This document shows positions 1 to 10,159 of a stretch of 64,000 nucleotides of DNA, in pieces. The stretch comes from an uncultured Planctomycetota bacterium (GTDB taxonomy: Bacteria; Planctomycetota; Planctomycetia; Isosphaerales; Isosphaeraceae). The stretch's first letter is position 1. Each line of letters opens with the position of its first letter. The stretch covers positions 2,368,001 to 2,432,000 of the forward strand of contig CAWGMQ010000004.1 of NCBI GenBank assembly GCA_963823665.1, read 5' to 3'. A program made the position numbers and the translations under genes. The notes under the pieces are model-generated. The model was not told the DNA's origin. It saw nothing but the letters and a program-made list of their open reading frames with translations, and did not search any database.

Positions 1-2
1 CC

Positions 3-485
3 TGCGCTGCTGCCACACTTGGGCTCTGGATCTCGCTTCAGCTCCGCTCGACCTGGCGAGCGCAGTTCCTGACCATGGCATGCTTGCTGCTTATCAACGT
101 CCTCGGCCAAGGTATGCTGAATATGCTCTCACGGTTCGGATATGCTCCCCAGCTCTGGCCAGGATTCACGCCTTACGAGATCGCGAAACTGGTCCTCGAT
201 CCTGAGTTCCTGGAGCACTTATCCAGCGTGCGCTGGCCCAATTACTGGTCCATTTCATCGATGAATGACAGCCTCTTCTGGCCAATCTCCTTCAGCGTTC
301 TGAGCGTGTTTGCCTATTCTGCATTGTCTGCCCTGCTTATCTGGCACACGCTTCACCAATTCGAGATCGTTGCCGGCCGGGCTCGCCGCACACCACCACC
401 ACCTCCCAGTCCTCCCACACTTCCTGATCCGCAAAACGCCCTCAGGATCACCAAACAACGTGAAGTAATCGATGGCGTTGCTTGA
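3..485 (+). CDS. C-terminal part of a membrane protein, probably a planctomycete ABC-2-type permease subunit (5' end outside window)
   Basis: Frame is open from the window edge (CAAATLGLWISLQLRSTWRAQFLTMACLLLINVLGQ...). Several hydrophobic segments and a C-terminal ...FEIVAGRARR, as in this family. Confidence 0.55.
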   Translation, partial: CAAATLGLWISLQLRSTWRAQFLTMACLLLINVLGQGMLNMLSRFGYAPQLWPGFTPYEIAKLVLDPEFLEHLSSVRWPNYWSISSMNDSLFWPISFSVLSVFAYSALSALLIWHTLHQFEIVAGRARRTPPPPPSPPTLPDPQNALRITKQREVIDGVA

Positions 486-621
486 TGAGATGGGCGCACA
501 CGGTACGCCCAATTTTACGCCCAATTGATTCCCCAGAGCCTCCAAACTTTCGTGCTCTCCGCGGTCGATCTAAGTAAGGCAAAGTATTGAGAAAGCCTAC
601 TCGTTAATCGAGTGGCCTGCG

Positions 622-650
622 TTGACGTGAAAACGGGGTTGGGCTATGGT
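622..650 (+). promoter_or_regulatory. Putative sigma70 promoter for the kdsD-kdsC operon
   Basis: TTGACG (622-627), 17-bp spacer, TATGGT (645-650), about 60 nt upstream of the kdsD start. Confidence 0.5.
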
Positions 651-712
651 TCGTCCACCAGGTCAGCATTGCTGGTTACAGGGTGGCGCCGAGGGGGGCA
701 GGGAGGCCCACG

Positions 713-1735
713 ATGGCCATGATAACGGATGCGTCACTGGCCTCGGAAATCGAGGTCGAGGGGTTAGCCTTCGCGCGCGAGGTGCTCCGAATTGAGGCTG
801 AGGCCATCGAGCGTGTTCGTGATCGCCTTGACGACACACTGGCCCGTGCCGCTGACTTGATTTATCGCTCGTCCGGCAGCGTGATTGTCACAGGCATGGG
901 AAAGGCGGGCTTGGTTGGCCAGAAGTTGGCGGCCACGCTGGCGTCGACCGGCACCCGCGCTTTTCCGCTCCATCCTGCGGAAGCAGTTCATGGTGATCTG
1001 GGACGGATCCGCTCGGATGATGTTGTGATTGCGCTTTCTCAGAGTGGCGAGACCGAGGAAGTCTTGCGACTGATTCCTGCTCTGCGCCGGCTGGGAGCGA
1101 CTTTGGTTGCCATCACGGAGAGAGCAGGGAGCTCGCTCGGTCGAGCTGCTGATTTGTGCATCACGCTGGGACCGATCGAGGAAGCTTGCCCGCTTGGTCT
1201 GGCGCCTTCGGCCAGTACCACTGTCTTGATGGCCGTTGGCGATGCGCTCGCGCTGCTGGTGAGCCAGATGCGCGATTTCACAGCCACGGATTTCGCCCGC
1301 TATCATCCTGCCGGCAGCCTGGGCCGGAAGCTCACTCGAGTCGAGGATGCGATGCGCACAGGCTCGGAACTTCGCCGGGCACACCTCGATGAAACCGTGC
1401 GGTCGGTCTTTATTCGGCTCGCCGGACCACGGCGGCGCTCGGGCGCCATCCTGATTACAAACGACGACTCTGTGCTGCTGGGGATTTTCACCGATAGTGA
1501 CCTGGCACGGCTATTCGAGAGACGGCGCGAGACCGATCTTGATTGGCCCATCGGCACGGTCATGACCGCCAATCCTTATACAATCCACGTCGGGGCGACG
1601 TTGGCCGAGGCGATCGAGTTGATGAAGTCACACAAGATCAGCGAGCTTCCCATTGTTGACCGCAGCCATCACTTGGTTGGCCTGATCGATGTAACAGACT
1701 TGATCGGGCTGGTTCCCGACGACCTTGGGGAGTAA
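713..1735 (+). CDS. kdsD: Arabinose-5-phosphate isomerase, KpsF/GutQ family (SIS plus 2 CBS domains)
   Basis: VIVTGMGKAG, ATLASTGT, LHPAEAVHGDLG, SQSGETEE, EACPLGLAPSASTT, HPAGSLG and C-terminal CBS pair. GGGAGG RBS at 701 favours ATG 713. Confidence 0.95.
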   Translation: MAMITDASLASEIEVEGLAFAREVLRIEAEAIERVRDRLDDTLARAADLIYRSSGSVIVTGMGKAGLVGQKLAATLASTGTRAFPLHPAEAVHGDLGRIRSDDVVIALSQSGETEEVLRLIPALRRLGATLVAITERAGSSLGRAADLCITLGPIEEACPLGLAPSASTTVLMAVGDALALLVSQMRDFTATDFARYHPAGSLGRKLTRVEDAMRTGSELRRAHLDETVRSVFIRLAGPRRRSGAILITNDDSVLLGIFTDSDLARLFERRRETDLDWPIGTVMTANPYTIHVGATLAEAIELMKSHKISELPIVDRSHHLVGLIDVTDLIGLVPDDLGE

Positions 1736-1741
1736 CGGGTG

Positions 1742-2305
1742 ATGGCTCTCAGTTCGCCAGCCGAACTTGCCAAGCGGTGCCAGGCAATCGAGTTGCTCGT
1801 CACCGATGTGGATGGTGTCATGACGGACGGTAGGATCGTGCTGGATGACCACGGGGTGGAGACCAAACATTTCCACGTTCGGGATGGCTTGGCTTTCTCC
1901 TTGTGGCACAAAGCTGGCAAACAATCGGCAATACTCTCCGGCCGAAAAGCGCCTTCAGTCAGCCTTCGCGCTGCGGATCTCAAGATTGCCCATGTTTTTC
2001 TAGGGATTGAACAGAAGGACGGGCCGCTTCGTACCCTCATCACACAACTCGAACTCTCACCTCGCCAGGTCTGCTACGTCGGGGACGATCTCCCCGATTT
2101 ACTTGCATTTTCTGCCGTTGGCTTGGCGGCATGTCCTATCGATGCGGCTGCCGAAGTCAAGGCTGCGGCTCATGTGGTCACCCAAGCTTCTGGAGGATAT
2201 GGCACAATCCGCGAAATCGTTGAGCTCATCCTGAAATCTCAAGGAAGATGGTCAAACCTGATCGGTGCGGTCGGTACCGCACCAGACTTGCCAGGTCCGA
2301 TCTGA
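1742..2305 (+). CDS. kdsC: KDO 8-phosphate phosphatase (HAD family)
   Basis: LLVTDVDGVMTDG, KHFHVRDG, YVGDDLPDL, GGYGTIRE motifs. Directly downstream of kdsD. Confidence 0.93.
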   Translation: MALSSPAELAKRCQAIELLVTDVDGVMTDGRIVLDDHGVETKHFHVRDGLAFSLWHKAGKQSAILSGRKAPSVSLRAADLKIAHVFLGIEQKDGPLRTLITQLELSPRQVCYVGDDLPDLLAFSAVGLAACPIDAAAEVKAAAHVVTQASGGYGTIREIVELILKSQGRWSNLIGAVGTAPDLPGPI

Positions 2306-2427
2306 AATATGCACGTCGGGGTTAATTCTTCTGGCCCCGTCCTCTGGGTGAATCAAGCGTCGACCCGTTCACGAGACGCACTGTAGTCTCTCGAATTCAC
2401 GTTACCGAGTGGAATTGGATCTCTTTC

Positions 2428-5400
2428 GTGCTCAAGAAGACCTTCAAGGCCGTGACCGTCTTTTGCCTCCTCGTGGGGTGCTACTTCGGCTACGTCCAGG
2501 TTTTCGCAATCGTCGTACACCAGATGATGAACGTGCGCCGCACCAAGGTGCCCGACGTCTGGATCCACCATGATTCCGACTCGAAGCACGCATCCATCCG
2601 GCTTGCGAAAGCGGTGATGCCACCTGGTAATTGGAGCACACGTGACGATTTGAACTTCCGCTATTACAGCGCCGAGCGAGGCTACTATATGTACGCGCAA
2701 GAAATGGAGCAAATCCAGGAAGAAAACGGCGTACAGTACCATGGCAAACGACTTCGGCTCAAGCCTTTCCTCGCGATTATCACATCGCGCGACGGCAGGA
2801 AAATCCAGACGATCACGAGCGATCGAGCAATCATTGACCTGAACCAGCCTTTGGGCTTCAACGCCGGTGCCGATGGTGAGGTCCTCAAGGTCAAACATGT
2901 TCTCCTTGAGCCCAACGTTGTCATTCATGACAACAAAGGCACGCCGAATGACGGCACAGACGACATGACGATCGATCAACTCACCACGCTTGAATATGAT
3001 GAGCCCACGCAGCGCATCACGTCGGAGTCGCATGTCGTCATCCGAGACGCAGAAATGATCACGAGCGGCGACGGTCTTCTCGTCCAGCTTTACAAGGCGA
3101 CTGGCCCGGCCTCCGGCGACTCATCGGGATTTGATGGGGTCAAGTACCTGGAACTATTTAGAAACGTTCACGTTATCATGAAGGATATAGGCAAGTCTGG
3201 CATGATGCCCGGCACAAGCACACCGAAGCACCCGCCTACAAAAGCCGCCGCCGCCGAGGCCAAGCTCGAGCTCGCTAAAGGGGCAGATCCAAAGGTGCAG
3301 ACGCCGCCTCAACAGCAACCCACTCCGCTTGACTTAACGTGCGATTCCAAGATGCAGGTTTCGCCGGCAAAGACTCGCGTACCGGTCTTGATCGGCCCCC
3401 CTGCGCCGCCCATCCCCACGATTGTCACATTTGACCGAAATGTCGTTGTGGTACGTGGCCGGGTTGACGAACAACCCGGTCAGCTCACGTGTGACAATTT
3501 GAAGTTGATGCTGGTTCCCTCAGAAGCACCACCACCGCCGCCAAACTCGGGAACATCCCAGCCTGTAGGCGCACAGGAGAGCGACATCGCTCCTCCCGAC
3601 AAACCCGCCGCCGCCGAGAAGTCCGGCCTGTTCGGCGGGCTCACGCTCAAGCGTGCTCATGCTACCGGCCACGCCGTCTGGGTCTACTTGCCGGCTGACG
3701 GAGTAAAGCTCCGGTGTAATGAGCTCATCTACCTGCGCCAGGCGCCTGAGAAGCCAGACACGACCTACTTCCGCGGTGATCTCACTCGTCCACTCGAGCT
3801 TGAAAAAACGGATCTGGTTCAGGACGTTAAATCGCCCGATTACGGCAAGGTCAAGTCGATCACGCACATTCGAACAATTGATGCAACAACGCTCGACAAA
3901 GGTTTTGGATTCGATTCGGCCGACATTGTTGCCAATGGCCCGGGCCGCCTCGACACCCAGCCCGGACGCGGCCAGCCCATCGACCGAACCGCCATCTGGC
4001 AAGATAAGTTTACAGTTCAAAATGAAGTCGCGCCCGACGGCACAATCAAGCAAAAAATCATTCTTCTTACTGGCAATCGTCCGGTTTTCATGAGTAACTC
4101 GCAGGGGGCATCCTCAATCGACTCGGCCCAGTCAATCAAAGTTTGGCTTTTGCCGAACGATTCAACCTCCGGCGGCGGTGGCTTTGACATCAAACGTCTA
4201 CTCGCGATGCGTGATGTGCATCTGCTCGCGCCGGCAAAGACGATGGTTGGCCGGGAATGGGTCGACGCCCGTTTTATCCATTCACAACCGGTTCCCGCCT
4301 CCTCCAATAACACTTCGAATACGGCAGCCAATACTACGGCAGCCAATACTGAAGATGTTACATCGGGCACAGGCACGGACCGCGCTCCCGCGGAGAACCA
4401 GGTTGCAGCAAAAGACGAGGAACCCAAGAAACCGTCGGAACCGCTCATGACTGGTTCGGCTGATCGGATCTGGGTTGAGATTGAGATGACGCCGAAGCCG
4501 GCTGCTACTCAGGCTGGTGCTACAGAAACGGCCCAAGCCGAGACCACCTCGAAGCCCAGCGGACCTGACGGAGCTCTGGGCGATAAGCAATCGGAAATCC
4601 GAAAAGCCTGGTTGTGGGGTTCCGTTGCGATTCACCAGGACCCCGCCGAAGGGAAAACCAAAGGCCAGGATGCCTCCGGAGAAGCGATCAACCTTGAGAA
4701 CCCCGCCAAGAACAAGGCAATTACTCGTGTCTATCAGCGCGACCCTTATGAAACGAAACCGCGCCCCGGCCCGCTCCCTCCTGCAAGAGTGGAAAACGAC
4801 GAGAAGACCATTCTGGCCACAGGTGGTGCGGGCGTCATTGTCATGAATCAGGCAACCGACCAGGCCTGGGTCGAAGGACCGGGAGTACTCACACAGCTCG
4901 CGACACGGACGTCTGCCTCGCCCACTGCGCCGCCTGATCCCAACGCCAGCCCCAAGACAACTGACGCCCCGTCTTCCCGTACCACCACCGGTGCTCGTCC
5001 CGTTAAAGAGCCGCGTGCGACTTCGTTACTGGTACAGAATGGCGCGCCACGGGCCAGCGCCCCTGAACAGTTGAAATCCGCTAGCCAGAACTCGCAGCGT
5101 TCCTCGGCAGAAACTGAAGCACACACTGATGCCCCTGACCAGGCAACCGACTCAAAGCCAAAGACTCGCGCTGGCCGTCCGATGAGCGAGAAAGTCCTCT
5201 CCATCATCCACTTCAGCGAGGGGATGGAATTCAACGGCAAGTCGGTTAACCCAGAGGGTAGCCCGGCGGGCCGTGCTGACTTCTTCGGAGTTGCCACAGC
5301 GCTCCTCGAGGATGCTTTGCTCCGAGGTGAAGAGGGAATCATTGCCTATACCGACCGGCCTGTTCCGTTTGCACAACTTGGCGCACTCAGCAAACCAAAA

Positions 5401-6489
5401 CCCAAAGATGCCGAACAAGCCGACGACGAAGGTGGTGGTGACAAAGCAGCCGATGAAGGGCCGCAGCTCGCGATCATCGAATGCTACCGCAATGCCATCG
5501 GCATCAGCCGGAAAGTCGACCCTGATCGTCCGGAAGTCCTGCAAAAGCAACGAATCGAGGCGAGTGAGCTTCTGGTTTACAATCGGCGCACCGGGAATTT
5601 CCATGTCCCGGGAAAGGGGAAAGTATATCTCTACGATCGAAGCGATAATTCCCGAGCGCAGGGGATGAATCTGGATGATGGCAACTCTCCGAGTGCGAAG
5701 CCGGTTGGCACAGCACGCACTGTTACACCCGCGTCGAGCCGAAGCTCGACCACGACAACTCGCTCAACCACGCCGCCGTCAGGCAAAAGCCGCAGTTCAA
5801 TTCAGCCACAGCCTGCCGACGCACCAGCCGATGCCAAGGCTGGCGAGCTACCGCCGTTGGTTTTGACTCAGATTCACTTCGAGAAGGGAATGAGGGGTCG
5901 TTTTGGTTCCACCAGCGAGCGCGCCCCGACTGAGGTTCAATGGTATGAGTTCTTTGGAAACATCCAGCTCGCTCGTGCCAAAGCCGCAAGCCCCCAATCG
6001 ATGTTCGATTTCGACAAGCTCCCCGCAGACTGTATGTTCCTGACATCACAAATCCTTCGTGTTCGCACGGAGCCTCCACCAGTTGGTTCTCCCCCATCCA
6101 CTCCTGCTCGTGACTATGTAAAGGCCTGGGAGAAAGCCTATGTCCAGAGCAGCGATAAGAGCCTGCAAGCCGATGTGATCACGTACGATTCGGAGAAAGA
6201 CCTGGTCTATGCATATGGCGAAGGTGGGCGTGGAGTGATTTATGCACAACAGCTTTCCACTGGCCAGCCGGACACTCAGGGACTGGCCAAGGCTGTCAGT
6301 CTCAACCCCAAGACCGGTGTGGCTCGCTTTGCCGAGAATTCTACCATCCAGTTTGTCGATCAAAACTCGGGCTCACGACCTCAGATCGCCCCGATTGTCG
6401 ACCCCGACTTCAAGAAGAAAAAACCTCCCAAGAAGGGCTTCCGAATTCCCAGCAGCAGTGTTGAACGCCGCGGATTCACTGGGGCATAG
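2428..6489 (+). CDS. Large membrane-anchored periplasmic protein, LptC/LptA(OstA)-like beta-jellyroll repeats with low-complexity linkers
   Basis: N-terminal TM anchor. LptC-like TTLEYDEPTQRITSESHVVIRDAEMITSGDGL, and OstA-like LTCDNLKL and LQADVITYDSEKDLVYAYG. Occupies the lptC-lptA position after kdsD-kdsC. Confidence 0.6.
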   Translation: MLKKTFKAVTVFCLLVGCYFGYVQVFAIVVHQMMNVRRTKVPDVWIHHDSDSKHASIRLAKAVMPPGNWSTRDDLNFRYYSAERGYYMYAQEMEQIQEENGVQYHGKRLRLKPFLAIITSRDGRKIQTITSDRAIIDLNQPLGFNAGADGEVLKVKHVLLEPNVVIHDNKGTPNDGTDDMTIDQLTTLEYDEPTQRITSESHVVIRDAEMITSGDGLLVQLYKATGPASGDSSGFDGVKYLELFRNVHVIMKDIGKSGMMPGTSTPKHPPTKAAAAEAKLELAKGADPKVQTPPQQQPTPLDLTCDSKMQVSPAKTRVPVLIGPPAPPIPTIVTFDRNVVVVRGRVDEQPGQLTCDNLKLMLVPSEAPPPPPNSGTSQPVGAQESDIAPPDKPAAAEKSGLFGGLTLKRAHATGHAVWVYLPADGVKLRCNELIYLRQAPEKPDTTYFRGDLTRPLELEKTDLVQDVKSPDYGKVKSITHIRTIDATTLDKGFGFDSADIVANGPGRLDTQPGRGQPIDRTAIWQDKFTVQNEVAPDGTIKQKIILLTGNRPVFMSNSQGASSIDSAQSIKVWLLPNDSTSGGGGFDIKRLLAMRDVHLLAPAKTMVGREWVDARFIHSQPVPASSNNTSNTAANTTAANTEDVTSGTGTDRAPAENQVAAKDEEPKKPSEPLMTGSADRIWVEIEMTPKPAATQAGATETAQAETTSKPSGPDGALGDKQSEIRKAWLWGSVAIHQDPAEGKTKGQDASGEAINLENPAKNKAITRVYQRDPYETKPRPGPLPPARVENDEKTILATGGAGVIVMNQATDQAWVEGPGVLTQLATRTSASPTAPPDPNASPKTTDAPSSRTTTGARPVKEPRATSLLVQNGAPRASAPEQLKSASQNSQRSSAETEAHTDAPDQATDSKPKTRAGRPMSEKVLSIIHFSEGMEFNGKSVNPEGSPAGRADFFGVATALLEDALLRGEEGIIAYTDRPVPFAQLGALSKPKPKDAEQADDEGGGDKAADEGPQLAIIECYRNAIGISRKVDPDRPEVLQKQRIEASELLVYNRRTGNFHVPGKGKVYLYDRSDNSRAQGMNLDDGNSPSAKPVGTARTVTPASSRSSTTTTRSTTPPSGKSRSSIQPQPADAPADAKAGELPPLVLTQIHFEKGMRGRFGSTSERAPTEVQWYEFFGNIQLARAKAASPQSMFDFDKLPADCMFLTSQILRVRTEPPPVGSPPSTPARDYVKAWEKAYVQSSDKSLQADVITYDSEKDLVYAYGEGGRGVIYAQQLSTGQPDTQGLAKAVSLNPKTGVARFAENSTIQFVDQNSGSRPQIAPIVDPDFKKKKPPKKGFRIPSSSVERRGFTGA

Positions 6490-7147
6490 ACGCCAGCCCC
6501 AGTTTATTGAGCGCTGCCTCAAGCTGGGTATTGAGCTCCGTGCCCTGCCCGACTCCGCGCCACACGATCTTGCCACTTGAGTCAATCAGATTGCTGCGAT
6601 AGATCCGTCCAGAAGGCGTCAGGTTGAGCACAACATCCTGGCCTGACTCGCGCTTGTCTTCTGTAACCCGGTGGTGATAACACCGCACCAACGGAACCTG
6701 GTCCCCGAAGAAAGACTCCATACGAGCATTTACCAACCGCCAGGAGCCCCAAGTTGTCCCCGAGATATCCGGCTTTGGAAATGGCCCTAGCGGTTGGGCC
6801 AATCCATCGGAAATATTGTTGTTCCGCTCGTATGAATAGCTGACACGAAACTTCGGGTCTTTGTGCGCTTTGTCGCTACCTATAGTGCCCGTACCGGAAT
6901 CAGCAGGGTCACGCAGCGCCGTGGGATCGGGCAGGAACTCGGGAACAAGATCCGAAAGGTGGTCGGGCCACTGTTGATGCTTCCTTTCGTAACTTAGCAA
7001 AGCTCGGTGGATCGTTTTCAATCGACTGGTGCAAGTGGCAATCGGATCCTGAGCAGCGACTTCCGGTTCTGCCATTCCATGACCAGCAGCAACGATCGCC
7101 ATCAACCAAAAACCAGGGTTGATTCGGGAGTGCTTATGATCGGGCAT
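6476..7147 (-). CDS. Hypothetical exported protein (pilin/DUF1559-like helix at the N-terminus, thioredoxin-like C-terminal tail)
   Basis: Hydrophobic N-terminus, CTSRLKTIHRALLSY...WPDHLSDLVPEFL, and ends LIDSSGKIVWRGVG. Confidence 0.5.
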   Translation of the reverse strand: MPDHKHSRINPGFWLMAIVAAGHGMAEPEVAAQDPIATCTSRLKTIHRALLSYERKHQQWPDHLSDLVPEFLPDPTALRDPADSGTGTIGSDKAHKDPKFRVSYSYERNNNISDGLAQPLGPFPKPDISGTTWGSWRLVNARMESFFGDQVPLVRCYHHRVTEDKRESGQDVVLNLTPSGRIYRSNLIDSSGKIVWRGVGQGTELNTQLEAALNKLGLASMPQ

Positions 7148-7282
7148 GCCGAAACCTCACGCTGGTGTTGATTCGACTAATCCGACGGTCGTCCAGTTGA
7201 TTCTCGATACCGTTCAAGGCGTATTCCCGACTAAACCGGTGCGCGTGTATCCTGGGAATTCACGAAGAGAGGATTCGACCCG

Positions 7283-7753
7283 ATGCCCGACGAATCAGTG
7301 GTGCTTCTGATCGATGAAGTTCGTGGAAAGACACTTCGCCTACTCCATGCCGTCAGCGAGGAGGATGCCCGCTGGGCACCGCCTGGATTACAGAACACGA
7401 TTCTGTGGCACGCAGGGCATGCGTATCTGCTGCTTGAATGGCTGACGATGAAGGCGCTCGGGCGCACACCGCACCTTCCGAAGGGATGGTACCAGCTTTT
7501 TAGCTGGGACAGTCGTCCTGCAAGCATTCCGGCCGATGGCTGGCCGACGCTTGCCGAAGTCGTCACTCGTCTCGGCGAGCAGCACGAGCGGATGATTTCT
7601 CTGGTCAAAGGTTTCAGCATAGGGGCACTCGCTGAACCGGCGGCGGACCATCCCGACGTTTCAGTCCGCTTTGCAATTCTCCATGCCCTGCATGACGAGG
7701 CTTGCCACTGCGGCGAGATTCACTTACTGCGAAAGCTACTGCTGCGGATGTGA
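7283..7753 (+). CDS. DinB family protein
   Basis: NTILWHAGH and HALHDEACHCGEI His motifs, 156 aa four-helix size. Confidence 0.85.
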   Translation: MPDESVVLLIDEVRGKTLRLLHAVSEEDARWAPPGLQNTILWHAGHAYLLLEWLTMKALGRTPHLPKGWYQLFSWDSRPASIPADGWPTLAEVVTRLGEQHERMISLVKGFSIGALAEPAADHPDVSVRFAILHALHDEACHCGEIHLLRKLLLRM

Positions 7754-8734
7754 GAATTGACCGTTCAAGATCCTGGTCAATTGCTCGATGGGGATATTCC
7801 CGCCACTCAGAATCAAGCCGACGTTTTTAGCGGCAAGCTCATTTCGCCGTGCGAATGCGGCTGCAACTGTGGCGGCCCCTGCACCTTCCGCGACCTGCCG
7901 AGCCGTCTCGACCAAGATGCGAATACCCGAACCAATTTGTTCGTCGCTGACGAGCATCAGTTCGTCAACCAGTCGAGGGAAGAGAGCCAAGGGCATGGCG
8001 AATGGCTCTCGGGTTGCAAGGCCTTCAGCAAATGTTGTGACGCTTTCGGTCACGATGCGGCGACCTTCCCGCCATGAGCGATAAACCGCTGGTGCTCCTT
8101 CCGCCTGCACGCCAATCACTTTGATCGCCGGGTTCACAGCTCGTGCCACCACGCCTGCGCCCATCACGCCACTCCCACCTCCAACCGGCACGAAAATGAC
8201 GTCAAGATCAGGAGCTGATTCAAGCAGTTCGAGTGCTGCTGTTCCAACGCCGGCAACCAGGAGCGGTTCATCTGAAGAGTGTACGAATCGTGAGCGATGA
8301 CACTCGGCATAGTCTTCCGCTGCAATCCGCGCCGCATCGAAATCGCGCCCGGTTTGAATGACTTTTGCCCCGAGTGCCTGTGTTGCGGAAACTTTGAGCG
8401 GATTGGCGTTTTCCGGCATGAAGATCACTGCCCGGCAGTCAAAGAGCCGTGCGCCGTAAGCTACGGACTGACCATGGTTACCCGTTGAGGCTGTCACGAC
8501 TCCATATGAACGTTCCTCTCGCGCAAGCGCTGCGACAAGGTTTATGCCACCGCGTACCTTGAATGCGCCGGTAGGATTAAGGTTTTCGCATTTGAGCACG
8601 ACGCGGCAGCCAAGCAGTGAGGCAAGATCAGGTGGCTCAATGGCTGGTGTTGGCCGCAAATAGGGCGCAATCGCACCTCGTGCCTTGAATACATCCGCCA
8701 GCGTCGGCATCGTCCAAGTCGTCGCAGTTTCCAC
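7736..8734 (-). CDS. Threonine/serine dehydratase (PLP-dependent, fold type II)
   Basis: LKCENLNPTGAFKVRG, ASTGNHGQ, VPVGGGSG, LSGGN. Start uncertain (GTG 8734 or ATG 8710). The ORF extension to 8791 runs through a REP element. Confidence 0.9.
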   Translation of the reverse strand: METATTWTMPTLADVFKARGAIAPYLRPTPAIEPPDLASLLGCRVVLKCENLNPTGAFKVRGGINLVAALAREERSYGVVTASTGNHGQSVAYGARLFDCRAVIFMPENANPLKVSATQALGAKVIQTGRDFDAARIAAEDYAECHRSRFVHSSDEPLLVAGVGTAALELLESAPDLDVIFVPVGGGSGVMGAGVVARAVNPAIKVIGVQAEGAPAVYRSWREGRRIVTESVTTFAEGLATREPFAMPLALFPRLVDELMLVSDEQIGSGIRILVETARQVAEGAGAATVAAAFARRNELAAKNVGLILSGGNIPIEQLTRILNGQFSHPQQ

Positions 8735-8764
8735 CGGAGTAATACTCTGAAGCTGTCTGCGCAC

Positions 8765-8787
8765 GTAGGTCAGGCTTTCAGCCTGAC
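8765..8787 (+). repeat. GTAG-type REP-like palindrome
   Basis: GTAGGTCAGGCTTTCAGCCTGAC: GTAG followed by a GTCAGGC/GCCTGAC stem. A second copy lies at 17311-17333. Confidence 0.7.
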
Positions 8788-8841
8788 GCATTCTCTGTCA
8801 TAGCCTAGCTTTGACGCTGCGCTCGGAACAAGCCGAGGTTC

Positions 8842-9732
8842 TCACGCATGTGCGGCTGGCCGTCGTTTTCGCCAAGTGCGAGCTCGCAGCAGACCTGCTC
8901 CGACCATGGCTGACCAGAGCAGCACGGATAATGGTTCGGGTATGCTAGCGGTACCGATCTGTGTACCGCCGCTGCCGCTGTTATCAGTACCTGTATTGCC
9001 GGTGGAGGTGTCCGGAGCTTGCAAGGTGATCTTGATGTCACTACTCGAAGGAACGAGCTGCGGCGGCGAGTTCGGGTTGGTAACGTCCAGCGAAAACTTG
9101 AGAATGCCGCCGTTGGCCAGTGATGCCAACCCCCCCTGGCCAATGGACTGGCCGTAGAAGGAGAGACCGAGCGCTTGCAGCGGATTCCCATTCGAGTCCA
9201 AGAGCGGATTCCCATTCTGGTCCTTACTGGCAAGATAATCATAAACTCCGCTGGCGTAGAAGCCCTGTGAGCCCGAGGGAATAACGTTGAGTGGCCCCGA
9301 TGGCGAAGACGATGGAGGAGTAACAACGCCGCCGGCTGGGTCAACCAGTGCCACAACCTGCGGAGGTGCGATAACAGGTGTGAATGTCAGGCTTTCGCCC
9401 CCGTTTGCTGTCGCGTTCTGGCTCAGCGTAACCTGCGCCCCGCCGGATCCGATCGAAGTAACGGTAGTGCCGGTCGGTATACCGGTACCGCTGACCTGGT
9501 ATCCCACACCGACCCCGGTTGTGCTGGGTACACTGACTGTAGGCGAGCCAGTGCTCAGCGTTCCGTTCAGTGTCACGGGTGGGGTCCCTGGAGGAGGGCC
9601 GGATGGTGCAGGCAAGCCATCGGTGCTTGTCAACGTATATGTCGCAAGGCCGTCAGCCCGCGATGAAACTGGTTGTAATGCGAGGCCAAAGGCCAAAGCG
9701 GCCACCAGGAGAGTTGGACACCGACGCATCAC
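8842..9732 (-). CDS. PEP-CTERM sorting domain-containing surface protein
   Basis: Signal peptide, Ser/Thr/Gly/Pro-rich body, C-terminal IPEP + TM helix + RARTWRKRR. GGAGGAG RBS. Confidence 0.88.
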   Translation of the reverse strand: MMRRCPTLLVAALAFGLALQPVSSRADGLATYTLTSTDGLPAPSGPPPGTPPVTLNGTLSTGSPTVSVPSTTGVGVGYQVSGTGIPTGTTVTSIGSGGAQVTLSQNATANGGESLTFTPVIAPPQVVALVDPAGGVVTPPSSSPSGPLNVIPSGSQGFYASGVYDYLASKDQNGNPLLDSNGNPLQALGLSFYGQSIGQGGLASLANGGILKFSLDVTNPNSPPQLVPSSSDIKITLQAPDTSTGNTGTDNSGSGGTQIGTASIPEPLSVLLWSAMVGAGLLRARTWRKRRPAAHA

Positions 9733-10159
9733 GGTAAGTCTCCTCCATGAACTCTCTGCGAGGAACCCTATGGTCCCCTGAAGCCATTCAAATCTCGAGC
9801 AGACCTGACCAGCTCACGCCCGTGACCTGGTACGAGTTGGTCCGTCGGTCACAAAGTGTCGCTTTGCCACCTCGACGTACTACTCAAGCTGCGGAAGAAC
9901 GGCATTCAGAAGTGGTAAGTGCCTGGGGAGCGACCTTCCTGAAACTTGAGGGCCGCATTGTGCAAGGGTTTCAAAAACCGGTCAAGGGAGAATGGAATTG
10001 TTTTTTGCCCATACCGTCGCTCGGACCTGACGAATCCTGCAACGACACCCGGACCTGTGCAGAAACCCAAGTCCACGGTAGGCTTTAGCAAGGCAGCGAT
10101 CGAAGATCCCGCAGCGAATAAACGCGAGACGTCCAACGTCTTATAATCCGGGTGTAAGT

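Noticed and set aside
10116..10147. Autoregulatory ECF promoter (GAAT-N17-CGTC) overlapping TATAAT
   Set aside because: Plausible, but too short and degenerate to support without homologue comparison.
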